From the human T2T-CHM13v2.0 reference genome, Homo sapiens, in assembly GCF_009914755.1 (NCBI RefSeq), contig NC_060936.1: DNA of 64,000 nt; one strand, 5' to 3'. Of the stretch, positions 1-14,749 are shown piece after piece. The position numbers and the translations under genes were made by a program. Positions within the stretch are counted from its first letter, which is position 1; each line of letters begins with the position of its first letter. The notes under the pieces are model-generated. The model worked only from the letters and a program-made list of their open reading frames with translations, did not search any database and was not told the DNA's origin.

Positions 1-4
1 TCTC

Positions 5-30
<26 letters not shown>
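1..30 (+). mobile_element. 3' end and poly(A) tail of an Alu cut by the window edge
   Basis: TCTC followed by a long A run is the usual Alu 3' terminus. Confidence 0.6.
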
Positions 31-36
<6 letters not shown>

Positions 37-844
37 ATTCAAAGTCAAGTGTGTTTACCTTGTTGCTATGCTGCTGTGTGTTTTAGTAGAATACACCATT
101 GGCAACATACCTGAGTTTTAAATGGTGAGCTTCCATATTTGAAATTCTGTATGAATAAGAATGAAAAAATATTTAACTAGATTCTTTTGACAGATGAAAA
201 ACACAAACACAGCATCCCTGAAAATGAAATTTTCAATGATTTGGTATTAATTTGCTAATTATATAAGTAATCAAATTAAGCATTTCGCTACATTCTCATT
301 TTTTTATCATGTACATATTAGTAACTGAATGAAGAAAAAATTATGTTAAGACTTTAGAACATTATCTTTCAAATATGTTTCTTTTATTACAGATACATTT
401 CTTTTGTTTCTCCCATGAATAAACTCATGTTTTCTATGCAAAATATAATAATTAAAAGTCATACTGAAATTGCAACAAAGTTTTAAATTTATGTTATATT
501 TTTATACATATGCTACAACAAATATAAAAATTATCTTACTTTTTTAACAGCTGAAAAGGTTAGCTACTATTCATCCCCACTTATTTGCATATGAAAAAAT
601 AATTCGGCTTTTTATGTAATGTTTATTTAATATTAGTATTATAAATTAATATTATTTGTGAAATACAATAATTGGTATTATAAAACACATGTCTCTTTCA
701 AAATCTTGAATTTTAAAAATGTATTCAGAAAGTTTTCAAAAATTCAGTACTCATGCTTGCTTTTTATCTCCTGTGGATATGTATTACAAATAAACAAACT
801 TGATACTTCTCAGAAAACAAATAACAGAACAATAGAAAACATTC

Positions 845-1480
845 TTTGGGAAACGGTATGGAGATTTCTCAGAGAACTAAAAATAGAACTATCCTTTGAT
901 TCAGCAACTCTGCTCCTGGGTATCTGCCCAAAGGAAAAGAAATCCTTATATCAAAAAGATACTTGTATGTTTATCTCAGCACCATTCACAATAGCAAAGA
1001 TATGGAATCAACCTAACTGGCCATCAACGGATGCCTGGATGAAGAAAACGTGGTATATACACAATGGAATACTACTCAGCCATGAAAACAATGAATCATG
1101 TGCTTGCAAGCAACATGTGTGGAACTGGAGGGCATTATGTTAAGTAAAACAATTCAGAAACTGAAAATCAAATATTGCATGCTCTCACTTGGAAGCAGGA
1201 ACTAAATCATGTGTACACATGACGTGGAGTGTGAAATGATAGACATTGGAGACTTGGAATGGTAGAGAGGTGGTAGGAGAGTGACTGATGAGAAATTATT
1301 TAACAGGTATGATATACATTATTTAGGAGATGGATACAGTGAAAGCCAAGACTTCACCACTGTACAATATATGCATAGTGCACATATACACATGATAAAA
1401 ATATACAAAATTGCACTTGTACTTCTGAAATTTATATAGATTTAAAAAACAAAGAAAGATGCTTACAAACAAACAAACAA
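845..1480 (+). mobile_element. L1 (L1MA-like) 3' end: ORF2 C-terminus and 3'UTR
   Basis: ORF 658-1143 contains L1 ORF2 C-terminal text (VWRFLRELKIELSFDSAT, IAKIWNQPNWPSTDAWMKKTWYIH); A-rich tail near 1445-1480. Confidence 0.85.
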
Positions 1481-1868
1481 AAACTACTCTTAAAGATCAA
1501 GGCTACCACCAGACCAAATTTTTAATAAGATGTCATTTCCTCCCAGTGGATAGGATACAGCCCTGTGTCTATGTGCACAGCTAGGCCAGCAGAGCATGGA
1601 CAATATTTTATCTTCCACCATTCTCTCTTCTGGAAACCCTTGTGCTGAGCACACCTTGCCCACGTAGGCACTGGCAAGGCTAAAGAACTTAAAAGTAGTT
1701 GCTAATTCAAATATCAACTGGATACTAATTTGAGCCTTAAGTTACACTAACAGAAAAAAAGAAGTCCTCTTCTGAAAGTTTGGCATTTAGTGTTGAATCA
1801 TTATTAACTCTGATTAAATTTACTCAAGTGACAGATTATATTTTTTAAAAATCTTAATTGGAAATATT

Positions 1869-2279
<411 letters not shown>

Positions 2280-2842
2280 TCATTTTTTCCTCCTCTGGGT
2301 GACAAATTTACAATGACCATCTCAAAACTAAGAGACAGTTTGGTTCTCTCCGCAAGGAGCCTACAACCTCTTTTGCAATGTCTTTCTTCCCCTACCTTTC
2401 AGATTCTGGTTTCTCTGCCCTTTTGCTGATCTGTACCATAAAGACCCAGATGAAACAACTTCTCGTCAGGGTGAAGAGGGAATGTGTGTGCCAGCAATTG
2501 CATGCTCACTTTGGTTGCCTGGAGAGGAGGGAGACTGGTGACAACTCCCACATGATATATTTAACTTCATCTAAGACATACTAATGTACAGAGTAGTAAA
2601 GTGGCATGTTTTAAAGCTACACTAATTTATTACACAGCAAGTATTAGAAACAAGGTTCATTTATTTTTTCATGTAGTTTCTTCCCTGAGAAAGGCCTCCT
2701 GAGGCAAATAAAGCTGGCTCATTAAACATTATCAAAGTATTGTGCCAGGTTGAACTTACTTAGAAATGGAGAGCAGGAGTTCCAAGTTGTAGCCGGAAAC
2801 TTAAGTGCAGCTTGTTGTTACTGTGGAACGCAGACTGTTAGA

Positions 2843-3346
2843 GCAGTGTTTCTCAAATGAAGGCTGGCTTCTTCATCTGAGTTAAAAATATAAATTCTGT
2901 GACTTCCTTGCAGAATTAGTAAATCAGAATTTCTGAGAGTGAAGTTTGTTTTTATTATTATTATTATTAGTTTATTTTTTAAGACAAGGTCTCACACACT
3001 CGCCCAAGCTAGAGTACAGTGGAATGATCATGGTTTACGGCAGCCTCAACCTCCTGTACTCAAGCTTTCCTCCCATCTCTGCCTCCATAGTAGCTGGGAC
3101 TACAGCTGCAAACCATCATGCCCAGCTAGCTAAGTTTTTTTTTTTTCCCTTTTGTAGAGATGGGATCTTGCCATGTTTCCCAGGCTGATCTTGAACTCCT
3201 GGCTTCAAGTGATCCTCCTGCCTCAGACTCCCAAAGTGCTGGGATTACAGGTGTGAACCACTGCACCTGGTCAAAATTTGGTATTTTTATTTGTAATAAG
3301 CTACTTGGGTAACTGTGATACACAGTAATATATGGGAAATATCTGG
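2843..3346. mobile_element. MER5-like hAT-Charlie DNA transposon relic split by an Alu
   Basis: Starts CAGTGTTTCTCAAA, contains AAATCAGAATTTCTG, and resumes after the Alu to end GGGAAATATCTG. Confidence 0.5.
2950..3272 (-). mobile_element. AluJ element
   Basis: Diverged reverse-strand Alu with a (TTA)n tail. Confidence 0.9.
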
Positions 3347-3418
3347 CTGTTAGCTATTTTTAGAGAATTACTTTCCACCTAGTAATCTATGTGTGACATA
3401 AATAGATTTTGTGTCTAT

Positions 3419-4020
3419 TGTAGGAATAAAGGGAAAATTTCCCTTTTATCCTCTGAAGGTTTGCTGAAATATAAACTGAAAAAAGATGGATTAATAGGAG
3501 ATAAGGCATAAAAATTTACTTGATCATAGTTTTATTTGAAAAGCAAGCCTTCAGTATGAAGACCCAAAGATACAGAGAAAACTGTCCATTTTTATTCTTT
3601 GGTTCAATAAAGTATGGAAAATTGTATAAAAAAGACAGAATAAAAAAGGGTATGATCTAATGCCAGCACATTGAGTGGGAAAAGCCAGCAAGGCCTGTAT
3701 GTCTATATTCTTCTTGGCCTCTCTGTGCAGCACTTTTTTATTCTAGGTATGGGGTAGCATCCTTTCTGAAATGAAGTTCTTATGACCTACAATCAAACAA
3801 GTTAGGTCAATTTAATGGCCAGTTTTTACACAGAAAGGTGGAGGAAAGAGCAATATTTTGGGGTTTTATGGTGGGCTTTAGGGGAAAAGCCTACTTTCTA
3901 TGACTCACCTTGCAGAAGAGGGATCCCAGTTTCTATGGCCTCCCTCAGGGAAGAAGGAGGGAAGAGAAACAGGAGAATAGGACAAAGTCAGAGAGAAACT
4001 TTTGCCTCTGAAGCAGTTTC
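3419..4020 (-). mobile_element. ERV1-class solo LTR (MER31/MER67-like)
   Basis: CTCTGAAGGTTTGCTGAAA...GATTAATAGGAGA...GGCATA motif typical of this LTR group; subfamily uncertain. Confidence 0.6.
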
Positions 4021-4029
4021 TTTATATAT

Positions 4030-5400
4030 TAATTATTAATTTTTGCGAGTACATAGTAGGTGTATGTATATATGGGGCATATGAGATGTTTTGATACAGG
4101 CCTTCAATGTATAATAATTGAATTAGAGTATATGGGGTATCTATCACCAAAGCATTTATCATTACTTTGTGTTACAAATATCCCAATTATATATACTCTT
4201 TTAGTTCTTTTTGAATATACAATAAATTATTATTGATTGTAGTCACCCTGTTGTGGCAAATACTAAATCTTATTCATTCTAACTATATTTTTGTACATGT
4301 TAACCACCTCCTCCTCCCTCACCCCAACCCCACTACTCTTCCCAGCCTCTGGTAACCATCCTTTCACTCTCTATGCCTATGAAATCAATTGTTTTAATTT
4401 TTAGTTCCTACAAATTAGTGGGAACATGCAAAGATTGTTTTTCTGTGCCTGGCTTATTTCACTTAACATAATGACCTTCAGTTCCATCCATGCCATTGCA
4501 AATGACAGAACCTAATTCTTCTTATGGCTGAATAGTACTCCATTGTGTATATATGTACTACATTTTCCTTTTCCATTCATCTGTTGAGGGATACTTAGGT
4601 TGATTCCAAATCTTGACTATTATAAATAGTGCTGCCATAAACATGGGAAAGCAGATATCACTTCAATATACTGATTTCCTTTCTTTTGGATATATAGCTA
4701 GCAGCTGGGTTGCTGGATCATATGGTAGCTCTATTTTTAGTTTTTTGAGGAACATCCATACGTTTTTCATAGTGGTTTGCCAATTTGCATTCCCACCAAC
4801 AGCGTATGAGGCTTCCCTCTCTCTGGCATTCATATCCTTGCCAGCATTCATAATTGCTGCTATTTTGGATAAAAGCCATTTGAAATGGGGTGAGATGATA
4901 TCTCATTGTAGTTTGATTTGCATTTCTCTGATGATCAATGATGTTGAGCACCTTTTCATATACCTGCTTGCCATTTGTATGTCTTCTTTTGAGAAATGTG
5001 CATTCAGATCTATTGTCCATCTTTTAATCAAATTATTAGATTTTTTTCTCGTATAGAGTTGCTTGAGCTCCTTACATATTGTGGTAATTAATCCGATTTC
5101 AGATGGGTAATGTGCAAATATTTTCTCTCCTGTGAATTGTCTCTTCACTTTGTTGATTGTCTTCTTTGCTGTGTAGAAGTTTTTTAACTTGATGTGATCC
5201 CATTTGTCCATTTTTGCTTTGGTTGCCTGTACTTTTGGAGTATTACTCAAAAAACTTTTCCCCAACCAATTTCCTGGAGAGTTTCTCCAGTGTTTTCTTT
5301 TAATTGTTTCATAGTATGAGGTCTTAGATTTAAGTATTTGATTCATATTATTTGATTTTTGTATATGGCAAAAGACAAGGGTTTAATTTCTTTCTTCTTC
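4030..5400 (-). mobile_element. L1MA 3' portion
   Basis: Minus ORFs 4663-4851, 4718-5020 and 4903-5346 give L1 ORF2 text ([23 protein letters not shown]). Confidence 0.9.
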
Positions 5401-5714
5401 TTTTTTTAAATGTGCCACCATTTATTTACCAAATCACCTGTGCTAAACAGTAGGTCATTTTTATTTTTTGGTTATTGTTTACATTGTCTCAATTGACCTT
5501 ACCAAAGACACATGTTTCAACAGTTGTTCAGTTTCTGAAGAATAAATGGTAAGGCTTTTGATACATAATGCCAAATTTCCCTTGGAAAGGTTGTATCAGA
5601 GGACAGTCCTTCCAGGAGCACAGAAAGCATGCCAGAGGACATGGACACACTCCATGTGCTGTCACTGGATTTTCCAGCCAGAGTGTCTTTGACTGCAGCT
5701 AATGAGAACTGGGA

Positions 5715-5930
5715 GATGGTATGGCTTCAACATAGACAGCTTGGTTTCAAATCTCAATTCTGTCACTCACTAGCTGTGTGACACAGGAAGTTTTCTGGGC
5801 TTTCATTTTCCTCATCCATAGCAATGCACATCTTACAGGGTTATTCTGAGGATGGAGTGAGATGATAGACAAAATGCACTTAGAATTACCCCTGGCACAC
5901 AAGAAATAGTAACAAAACATTAGCTGTTTC
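5715..5930 (+). mobile_element. MIR SINE
   Basis: MIR core: TCACTAGCTGTGTGAC...TTTCCTCATC...CCTGGCACA. Confidence 0.8.
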
Positions 5931-6187
5931 ATTGTTTACATAATTAAAATGATATACTGATACATTTGTCTGATGTTGTCATCTTGCTGGTTTGTATATT
6001 GTTGCTTATTAATTCTGTCAGAAGCAAAGATTTTTCTGTTTGATTATTAAAAAATCATACTTAAATCTACTTTATCTTCTAAATCTTGCAACAGCCCCAA
6101 ACAATAAAATCCTGACCTAAGATATGAAATATAACAGCACCTGCAGGGATTAATTTTGCATATGTTGTAGAAAAAGTTCCTGAGGTT

Positions 6188-7412
6188 TCCTTTTGTTTAA
6201 ATTTTAGGTTCAGGGGTATATTTGCATATTTGTTACATAGGTAAATTAGTGTAATGGGGTCTTGTTGTACAGATTATTTCATCATCCAGGTACAAATCTT
6301 AGTATCCAGTAGTTATTTTTTTCTGATCTTCTCCCTCCTCCCATCTTCCACCCTTAAGTACACTCCAGTGTCTGTTGTTTCTCTCTGTGTCCATGGGTTG
6401 TCACCATTTAGCTCCCACTTATAAGTGAGAGCAAGTGGTGTTTGGTTTTCTGTTTCTGCATTAGTTTGCTAAGAATGATGGCTTTCAGCTCCATCCATAT
6501 TCCTGCAAAGGATATGATCTTGTTCTTTCTAATGGCAGTATGGTATTCCACGGTGTATATGTACCATATTTTCTTTCTCCAGTCTATTATTGATGGGCAT
6601 TTAGGTTGATTGCATGTCATTGCTATTGTGAATAGTGCTTCAGTGAACACATACATGCAAGCGACTTTATGATAGAACAATTTATATTCCTTTGACTATA
6701 TACCCAGTAACGGGATTGCTTGGTCAAATAGTAGTTCTGTTTTCAGCTCTTGGAGCAATCACCACGCTGCTTTCCATAATAGTTGAACTAATTTACACTC
6801 CCATCAACAGTGTATAAGCTTTCCCTTTTCTCTGAAACCTCACCACTATCTGTTATTTTTTAAATGTTTTAATAAAAGCAATTCTGACCAGTGTCAGATG
6901 GTATCTCATTGTGGTTTTGATTTTCATTTCTCTGTTGATCAGTGATATTGAGCTTTTTCTTCACATGCTTCTTTTGAAAATTGTCTGTTCATGTCCTTTG
7001 TCCACTTTTTAATAGGCTTGTTTGTTTTTTTCTTGTAAATTTAATTCTCTATAGATATTGGATATCAGATCTTTGTCAGCCACATAGTTTGCAAAACTTT
7101 CTCTCATTCTGTTTATTCTGTTGTCTGTTTATTCTGTTGATAGTTTCTTTTGTTGTGCAGAAGCTCATAAGTTTAATTTTTTAGTTAATTATTTGTCAAT
7201 TTTTTATTTTTTACTTTTATTTTTGTCAATTTTTGCTTTTCTTGCAATTACTTTTGGCATCCTCATTGTGAAACCTTTGCCAGTCACTATGTCCAGAATG
7301 ATATTTCTTAAGTTATCTTCCAGGGTTTTAATAGTCTTGAGTTTTACCTTTAAGTCTTTATTCCATCTGGCGTTGATTTTTGCATATGGTGTAAAAGAGA
7401 GTTCCAGTTTCC
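6188..7412 (-). mobile_element. Older L1PA (L1PA13-16-like) 3' portion
   Basis: L1PA 3'UTR (CTCCCACTTATAAGTGAGA); ORF2 text in minus ORFs 6408-6680 and 7204-7446. Confidence 0.9.
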
Positions 7413-8150
7413 TTCTTCCTCCTTCCCCTATTATCAATATCCCCACCAGACTGATAAATGAATTACAAATAATATAATTGTATTTAAGAACTATATCAGT
7501 TTGTAATCATCATTTCTTAAAGTTTGTAGTTTACATTAAGGTTCACTCTTGGTCTTGAACATTCTAGGGGTTTGGGAAAATATATAATGATATGTATGCA
7601 TCATTATAATATCATACAGAGTATTTTCATTGCCCTGAAATCTGTGTTCTATCTATTTATCCCTCTCCTCACCCTGACCCCTGGCAAACACTGATCTTTC
7701 CATTGTCTTCACAGTTTTGCCTTTTCCAGAATACCATATAGTTGGAATCACATAGTATGTAGTTTTTTAGACTGAGTCCTTTCACTTTCCAGTATGCAGT
7801 TAAATTTCCTCCATGTTTTTTCATGGCTTGACCACTCATTTCCTTTTAGCACTGAATAATGTTCCATTGTCTGAATGTACCACAATTTATTTAGCCATTC
7901 ACCTAGTGAGGGACGTCTGAGTCTTTCCACAGTTTGGCAATTATGAATAAAGCTGCTATAAACATTCTTGTACAGGTTTTTTTGTGGACATAAGTTTTCA
8001 CTTCTTTAGATAAATAACAAGAAACACAATTGCTAGATCATATGGTTTAAGAGTATGTTTAGTTTTATAAGAAACTGCCTATCTTCCAAAGTGGCTGTAC
8101 CATTTTGCATTCTCAACAGCAATGAATAAGAATTTATGTTGCTCCACATC
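7413..8150 (-). mobile_element. L1MC-like 3' portion
   Basis: ORF 7748-7930 (GEWLNKLWYIQTMEHYS) plus an L1MC-type 3'UTR. Confidence 0.8.
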
Positions 8151-8427
8151 CCTAAGAGAATTTGTTGTAGAATATTGTATTTTAGCTTGCATCCCCTGAT
8201 TTCTTAGCCCATAAACCCTTCATTCCACACTGAGATGGGAAGTCTGCTAATTTCATTGTGATAACTGATTCTTTTCAGTTTTCATCTGAATGACTGTTAA
8301 TAGTAGAGAAGTACTCTTGAAGTCAGAGGAATATGATGTAATAAATCATTCAGATATTTCACATAACAGAATCAGAATAGTAGAAAGGCTTTTTCATGTT
8401 GTGTTCACTGATAAAACTTTATAATGA

Positions 8428-8720
<293 letters not shown>

Positions 8721-8899
8721 CTATAATGAAAGTAAACCTGATTTTGCCTTATGCTCTGAAATCATTTAAGTGTAAAAACATGTCTGAATAAGCCACAGAA
8801 CCTCTAGCATGAAATGCGCAAACACTAATGATATGGCCTAACTCTCTGGCTTCATAATCTCTCATTCTCGCATGGTGAACTATGTGCATTTACTGTTTA

Positions 8900-9226
8900 T
8901 TAATTGTGCTCTTTGCTCCTGATAACGTCTCATCCTTTTCAGATTAAGACAAAATATTACTACTTGGAAGTGTTTTCTAACCTACAGCTCACCACCAAAA
9001 GCTCAGTTAGGTCTCACTGCTGTTCCTCTTCTGTACTGCTGTGATACCTTATGTATGTCCTTGTTAGCAGATTTACCACATGGTATTATAATAGATTGCA
9101 TGCTTTTCTGAAGACAGTTCAAACTTCCTTTAGTTAAATATTATGCCCTGTTCATATCTGTATCCCTCACTTAGTTCCTGGCACATAGTATGCGCTCATG
9201 AAAATGTTTGTTGAATAAATAAATCA
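8900..9226 (+). mobile_element. L2 3' end
   Basis: CCTGGCACATAGTA...TGTTTGTTGAATAAATAAAT terminus. Confidence 0.7.
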
Positions 9227-9347
9227 TTGCTTAGCTAAGGTAGGCAATGATTGCAGTCATTCATCTTCACCCATCTCTTTTGTGGATAGTCCTCTAAGAA
9301 GATGTATTTAGAAAGACCCAAGTCTGCCCCTTTATAGAACCAACTGT

Positions 9348-9719
<372 letters not shown>

Positions 9720-11039
9720 TCAGAATGGTAATGAGGCTGTACCAAAAATTGGAGTGCCACTGTCGTCTATGGAACTAGCGCTGTCAGAAATTTGCTTATC
9801 CAGCTCAGTTTATGATAAGTAGCACATGCATTGAAGTCCTCAAGAAAGAGCTGCCCTAGCTGTCTGAAATTCATCCAGGAGGCATCCCAGGCTTAATATC
9901 CTCTTACTGAGCCCACCTACCCTGGTGAACAAATTGACTCCCTCCACCAGGCATTGCTATTCTAACCAGGACCAACCCAAAATAAGTTTTCTCTGTTTAA
10001 AAACAACAGTCTAACTGAAGTTAGGTTTTCTATGACAGAAAATCTTTTAGTGCTTCCAAGCTTTTCATAAATGACTGCATCTGATGTCTACTTTGTTCCA
10101 ATTAAAATTACATTAGACTTTTATTGGGCATTCAATATACAGACTTTAGGAGAAGAATTCTCATGAGTACTGAAATACTAACAGCTGGAAATATGTATAA
10201 ATAAATCTACATAAGAGTTTTTGAGTGTTCTCAGCAGGGTCCTGGGGAAAAATAAGTGAGGAATTTAAACTATTTCTTGCTATATTATTATTGGTAACTT
10301 TGGAAGGAGGCATAAAGCAATGTACTGTGAGGCTACCTTCAGCATGGGACAGTCTAATGAAAGAAAAGATATCTGACATTTACAAGAAAAGCCTTCATGT
10401 CCCTGGATTTAAATTCAGTGAGTGTTAAAGTATCCTGTTTCATGCTTGTAAAGCTAATTCCTGCTTACTGAAGAACTTACCACTTTTCTAGTAGATGGAA
10501 GCTGGCTGTTTAACTGTCCTCAGGTAAGCAGTTCGACTCATTTGCTCTCCTAACCAAATTTTAATCAAGGGAAAACTGTCAACATAGAGAGCAGTTTAGA
10601 TATGTTCACTTTTCTCCTTCTAAAATGTCTTCTTGCTATCTAAAATGTGCCCAAATACAACCAAATAATAGAGTTGCCAAAATAGTTTCATGAAATTCTG
10701 AGTGATAATCACAAAGACACCAGGATGAGTACCAAGGCCAGGTTAATTTTCTGAGAACATCATTATTTAGGGTTTTAAGTCTTAAAGCTTTGTTTTGTTT
10801 TCAGACTCTTTTTTTTTTCCAAAGAATTTTGATACCAATTTCATCAAGATGCAAAAAAGGGTCTAGTTATTAAAATTAATTAAATTTTCTTTTAATTAAC
10901 AAATACTTCTTGAGTACCTACTTTCTGAGACACTGTGAATAGCATTGCAAACACCAGTATAAAGACATCCTTCCAACTGTGTGTAAATAATACCTTTCAG
11001 TATTACATGTTTTTTTCAGATGAATAAGTTCAGGCAAAG

Positions 11040-11330
11040 GGATATGCTCATGAACAGAGCACTGACAGAAATTCTTTTTACCCTGTGTTTCATCTTACCT
11101 CAATCCTGCCTCCTGTAACACAGATGCCTTCTTGGACCATAAGGTCTGGGGAAACACACAAAGTGTGGCACAACAGCGACTTGGAAGAAGCCTAAGTCAC
11201 TGAGAAGCAGAGCCACCTCACTAGCCCTGGATGATACACCTCTGGATTTTTATATGAGAAAGAAAAAACACTTATGTTTTGTTAAGCTGGTTGTAATTTT
11301 AAGATTTTCTCTTATTAAAGCTAAAATTAT
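11040..11330 (+). mobile_element. Old MLT1 (ERVL-MaLR) LTR fragment
   Basis: GCAGAGCCACCTCACTAGCCCTGGA...TATGAGAAAGAAAAAACAC...TTTGTTAAGC 3' motif. Confidence 0.55.
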
Positions 11331-11479
11331 GATCAAATCACCTCCCAATCTCCTTTTGCCTTATAAATCCTTCACCACATAGACCAGAAATCATTCCTAC
11401 TGACAAGCTTCCCCTGATAAGGACTAACCAAAGCAGCTAAAATGTAAAGTAAAATAAATTTCTACAATGCAGCATAAAT

Positions 11480-12320
11480 AGGAAATATGACATAGAAGCT
11501 AAGAAACAGAGGATTGAGAAAATGTGAGGCACAGACAAATTTAAAGAGATTTCTAAGCACTTACAGAAAGTTTAAGGATTCCCAAGCAGGATGAATAAAA
11601 CAATATTTATATACAGACAATTATTAGTGAAACTACAGAACACAAACAACTCTTAGAAGCAGCAAACTATTTCTAACTCCACATAATCTAATCACTTAAA
11701 AACTGGTAAATAGACTGAATTGAATTCTCAGTAACAATAGAAGTCGGAAGACAGTGAATCGTCTTTAACGTGTCAAGAAAAATAACTCTCAGCTGAGATT
11801 TCTGTGCCCAGTAATAGAACATTTCAAGAGCAAGTAAAAAATAACGATCATTTCTTTAATTTAGAGATTTTGACAGCATAGAAAATAATTTTGGAAAGAA
11901 AATAATTCTATTAAAATACCTGGGATGCAAGAAGAAGTGGTGAGTAAAGGTATTGGTAAATATGAGCTAAATCAAAACGCCAATAGACTACATTAGGGAG
12001 AGTAATAGTATAAACTTTGAGGGATTAAAAAAGGCAAACTTTTGATTGAATCAAAACACTCATCAGCATCTTCATATTAGAAAGAAAGGAGTTGGAGGCT
12101 AAAATATTTAAGTTGTTGAATTATTTCAGAACATCTAAATACATCGATTGATGTATGACTCAAAGTATACACCAAAATAATAGGTATAGAGTAATTTGTA
12201 AACTGGCAAAGAAAAAAAAACATGGAAAGGAGATAAATAAAGGGGAAAAATAAGTTCAATAAATCTTGAAGATGGCTTGAGAAGAAAAACAGAAAATAAA
12301 TAGGAAATGAAAAATAAATC
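11480..12320 (+). mobile_element. Ancient L1/HAL1 ORF1-like relic
   Basis: CCCAAGCAGGATGAATAAA...GTGAAACTACAGAAC...AACAATAGAAGTCGGAAGACAGTG resembles the ORF1 C-terminal region. Confidence 0.6.
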
Positions 12321-12839
12321 AGTCATCTGTGGTGTGACTTTGGGAATGATGATGTGACGTTTTCTATGAAACCTCTCCCATAAGGAGACATTTTATTAAA
12401 GGTATCAAAAACATGAAAAATAAAATATTCAAAATCTATCCAAATTGATTGAAGAACTTGTAACAAATTAAGAGGCATTTACTCAGCACATCTACAGAAC
12501 TTGGTAAGAGCGGGGCAGGTCATGTCATTGGAACTCAGAGCTGCACCCATTCCTCCACAGTTCTGTATGCTGAAAGAGTAATTTTTCTGGGCTCAACAGC
12601 AAAGTGGTAGTTTTCATATCCCCCAACTTTCTATTAAATAGTATGGAATTGCTATTTTGGGTGGACTCAATAACAAATAAAACATGGTCAGATCCCGTCT
12701 TACCTGGCTCTGCGTTGCTGAAGATATATACTGGGCAGTGGTGGCAGCTAGATGATGACTCCAATTCTTCCTTCCCTAACAACTTGTTCCTCAGGGAGGA
12801 TCATCATGGCACAGGCAGTGAAAAGAGGTTTCTAATCTA

Positions 12840-13300
12840 CCCCTAGATATATATAGGCAAGAGAAATGAAAACGTGTCCACACAAAATCTTGCACACAAA
12901 TGTTCATACCATCAGCATTTATGATAGTTAATAGGGGAAACACAGCTCTCCATCAATTGACGAATAGGTAAACAAAATATAGTATAACTCAAAATGTTAT
13001 ACATATTAAAGTGAGTTACAAATAACATGTTACGTGATTCCAATCATACAAAATATGCAAAATAGGCAATTCCATAGAGAAATATGATAGATTAGTGGTT
13101 GCTTAGGACTTACAGAAGGGAGATGTGACGGCTAATGGGTATAAGGTTTCTTTTGGAGTGATGAAAATGTTCTCAAATTACATTATAGTAAAGCCTGTAC
13201 TACTCTGTAAATAGACAAAAAACCATTATAAACTATAAACTTTAAACAGGTGAACTTTATTTTGCATAAATTATATATCAATAAAAATATTAATGTAAAA
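12840..13300 (+). mobile_element. L1MB-like 3' end
   Basis: GAGAAATGAAAACGTGTCCACACAAAA...GATTAGTGGTTGCTTAGG...GTGATGAAAATGTTCT. Confidence 0.8.
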
Positions 13301-14200
13301 AATGATGAAAATAACATGAATAAACCATTGGTTTCAATGTATGAGGCAAAATAAATGACAGAACTGCAAAGATAATCAATAAATCCAGCAACAAAGTGGT
13401 AGGTTTTACTACCTGTTGTTATGGAGTAAATTGTGTTTTTTCCAAAATTTATATGTTGAAGCCCCAACCGCCAGTATTTTAGAATGTGGCTGTATTTAGA
13501 GAGAAGGACTTTAAAGAGATAATTAAGGTGAAATGAGATAATAAATGTGGGTCCTAATCCGATCTGACTGTTGTCTTCACAAGAAAAGGAAGAGATAACA
13601 GAGATGTCTGTGCACAAAGGAAATGTCATATGAGGACACAGGGAGAAGGTGGCTATCTGCAAGCCAGAGAGAGAGGCCTTAAGAAAAACCAAACCTGCCA
13701 ACACCTGATCTTGGACTTCTAATCTCCAGAACTGTGAGAAAATCAATTCCTTTTCTTAAGGCCACCCTGTCTGTATCATTTTATTAGGGCAACAATAGGA
13801 AACTGATATGCCTCTCTTTCAATATTTGATAGATAAATACACACCAAATCACTATAAAAAATTAGATTTAAAAATTATAAATATCTAATGGACATAGAGG
13901 TGATTTCTCACACAAAAACTGGGAAGTATGTATTCTTTTCAAGCACACTTGGAGCATTTCTTTTAAAAATTTAATTCATATTAGGCCATAAAAAAGCCTT
14001 GCCAAAATTCAAAGAGTCACACAGACCTCATTGCATGTTCAAAATCTAATTAAGTTAGGCATAAATAGAAATATTTATAACCAGAAAAATCCTCAAGTTT
14101 AGAAATTTAGAAATACAATATTAATCCATAAGTCAATAGAAAAAATCATAAAATATTTACAACACTATAGTAATGAAAATGGTATATGTATCTACATACT
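13300..14200 (+). mobile_element. Old L1 ORF2 endonuclease-region relic interrupted by MLT1A
   Basis: GACAGAACTGCAAA...[LTR]...CTCTTTCAATATTTGATAGA...TTCTTTTCAAGCACAC...TTAGGCCATAAA. Confidence 0.65.
13417..13810 (+). mobile_element. MLT1A-type solo LTR
   Basis: TGTTATGGAGTAAATTGTG start; AAACCTGCCAACACCTGATCTTGGACTTC...AGAACTGTGAGAA. Confidence 0.85.
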
Positions 14201-14265
14201 CATATACATGCAATAATGAAAAATATATAGGTAAAATAAGTTGTCATATAATACAAATTGTATAA

Positions 14266-14560
14266 TTTTTTTCTTTTTTTTTTTTTTTTTTGGAGATAGG
14301 GTCTCACTCTGCGGCACAAGCTGGAGTGCAGTGGCACCATCATAGCTCACTGCAACCTTGAATTACTGTCTTCAAGTCATACTCCTACCTTGGTTTCCCA
14401 AGTAAATAGGACTGAACACACCACCAGGACTTTTTTTTTTTTTTTAATAGACAACGTATTTCCACATTGCTCTGGCTGAGCTTGAACTCCTGGCCTCAAG
14501 GGATTCTGCCTGGGCCTTTCATAGAGTTGGGATTACAGGTTTGAGCCACCGTGCTGACTC
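14266..14560 (-). mobile_element. AluJ element
   Basis: Diverged reverse Alu beginning with poly(T). Confidence 0.85.
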
Positions 14561-14749
14561 CATTATTTATTTATTTTTTCTGACCATGTAACACTTTGAG
14601 ATACCAATTTAATAAAGTGTCTATCGGACTTGGTTTGATCTTCTACCTCATAGATTTTATACAACCATGCAAACCAATCTCTTACATCAAAACTCGGTAG
14701 TTATGCTGGTGAAATTTTTTGTCAGTTATTGCTTGGTTGTTTTTTTAAT

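Noticed and set aside
12330-12830. Possible L1M 5'UTR joined to an L1MB 3' end
   Set aside because: Too diverged to assign by eye, so a single-element origin cannot be supported.
13183-13746. Longest ORF in the track (187 aa, hydrophobic)
   Set aside because: Antisense read-through of an MLT1A LTR and L1 relics.
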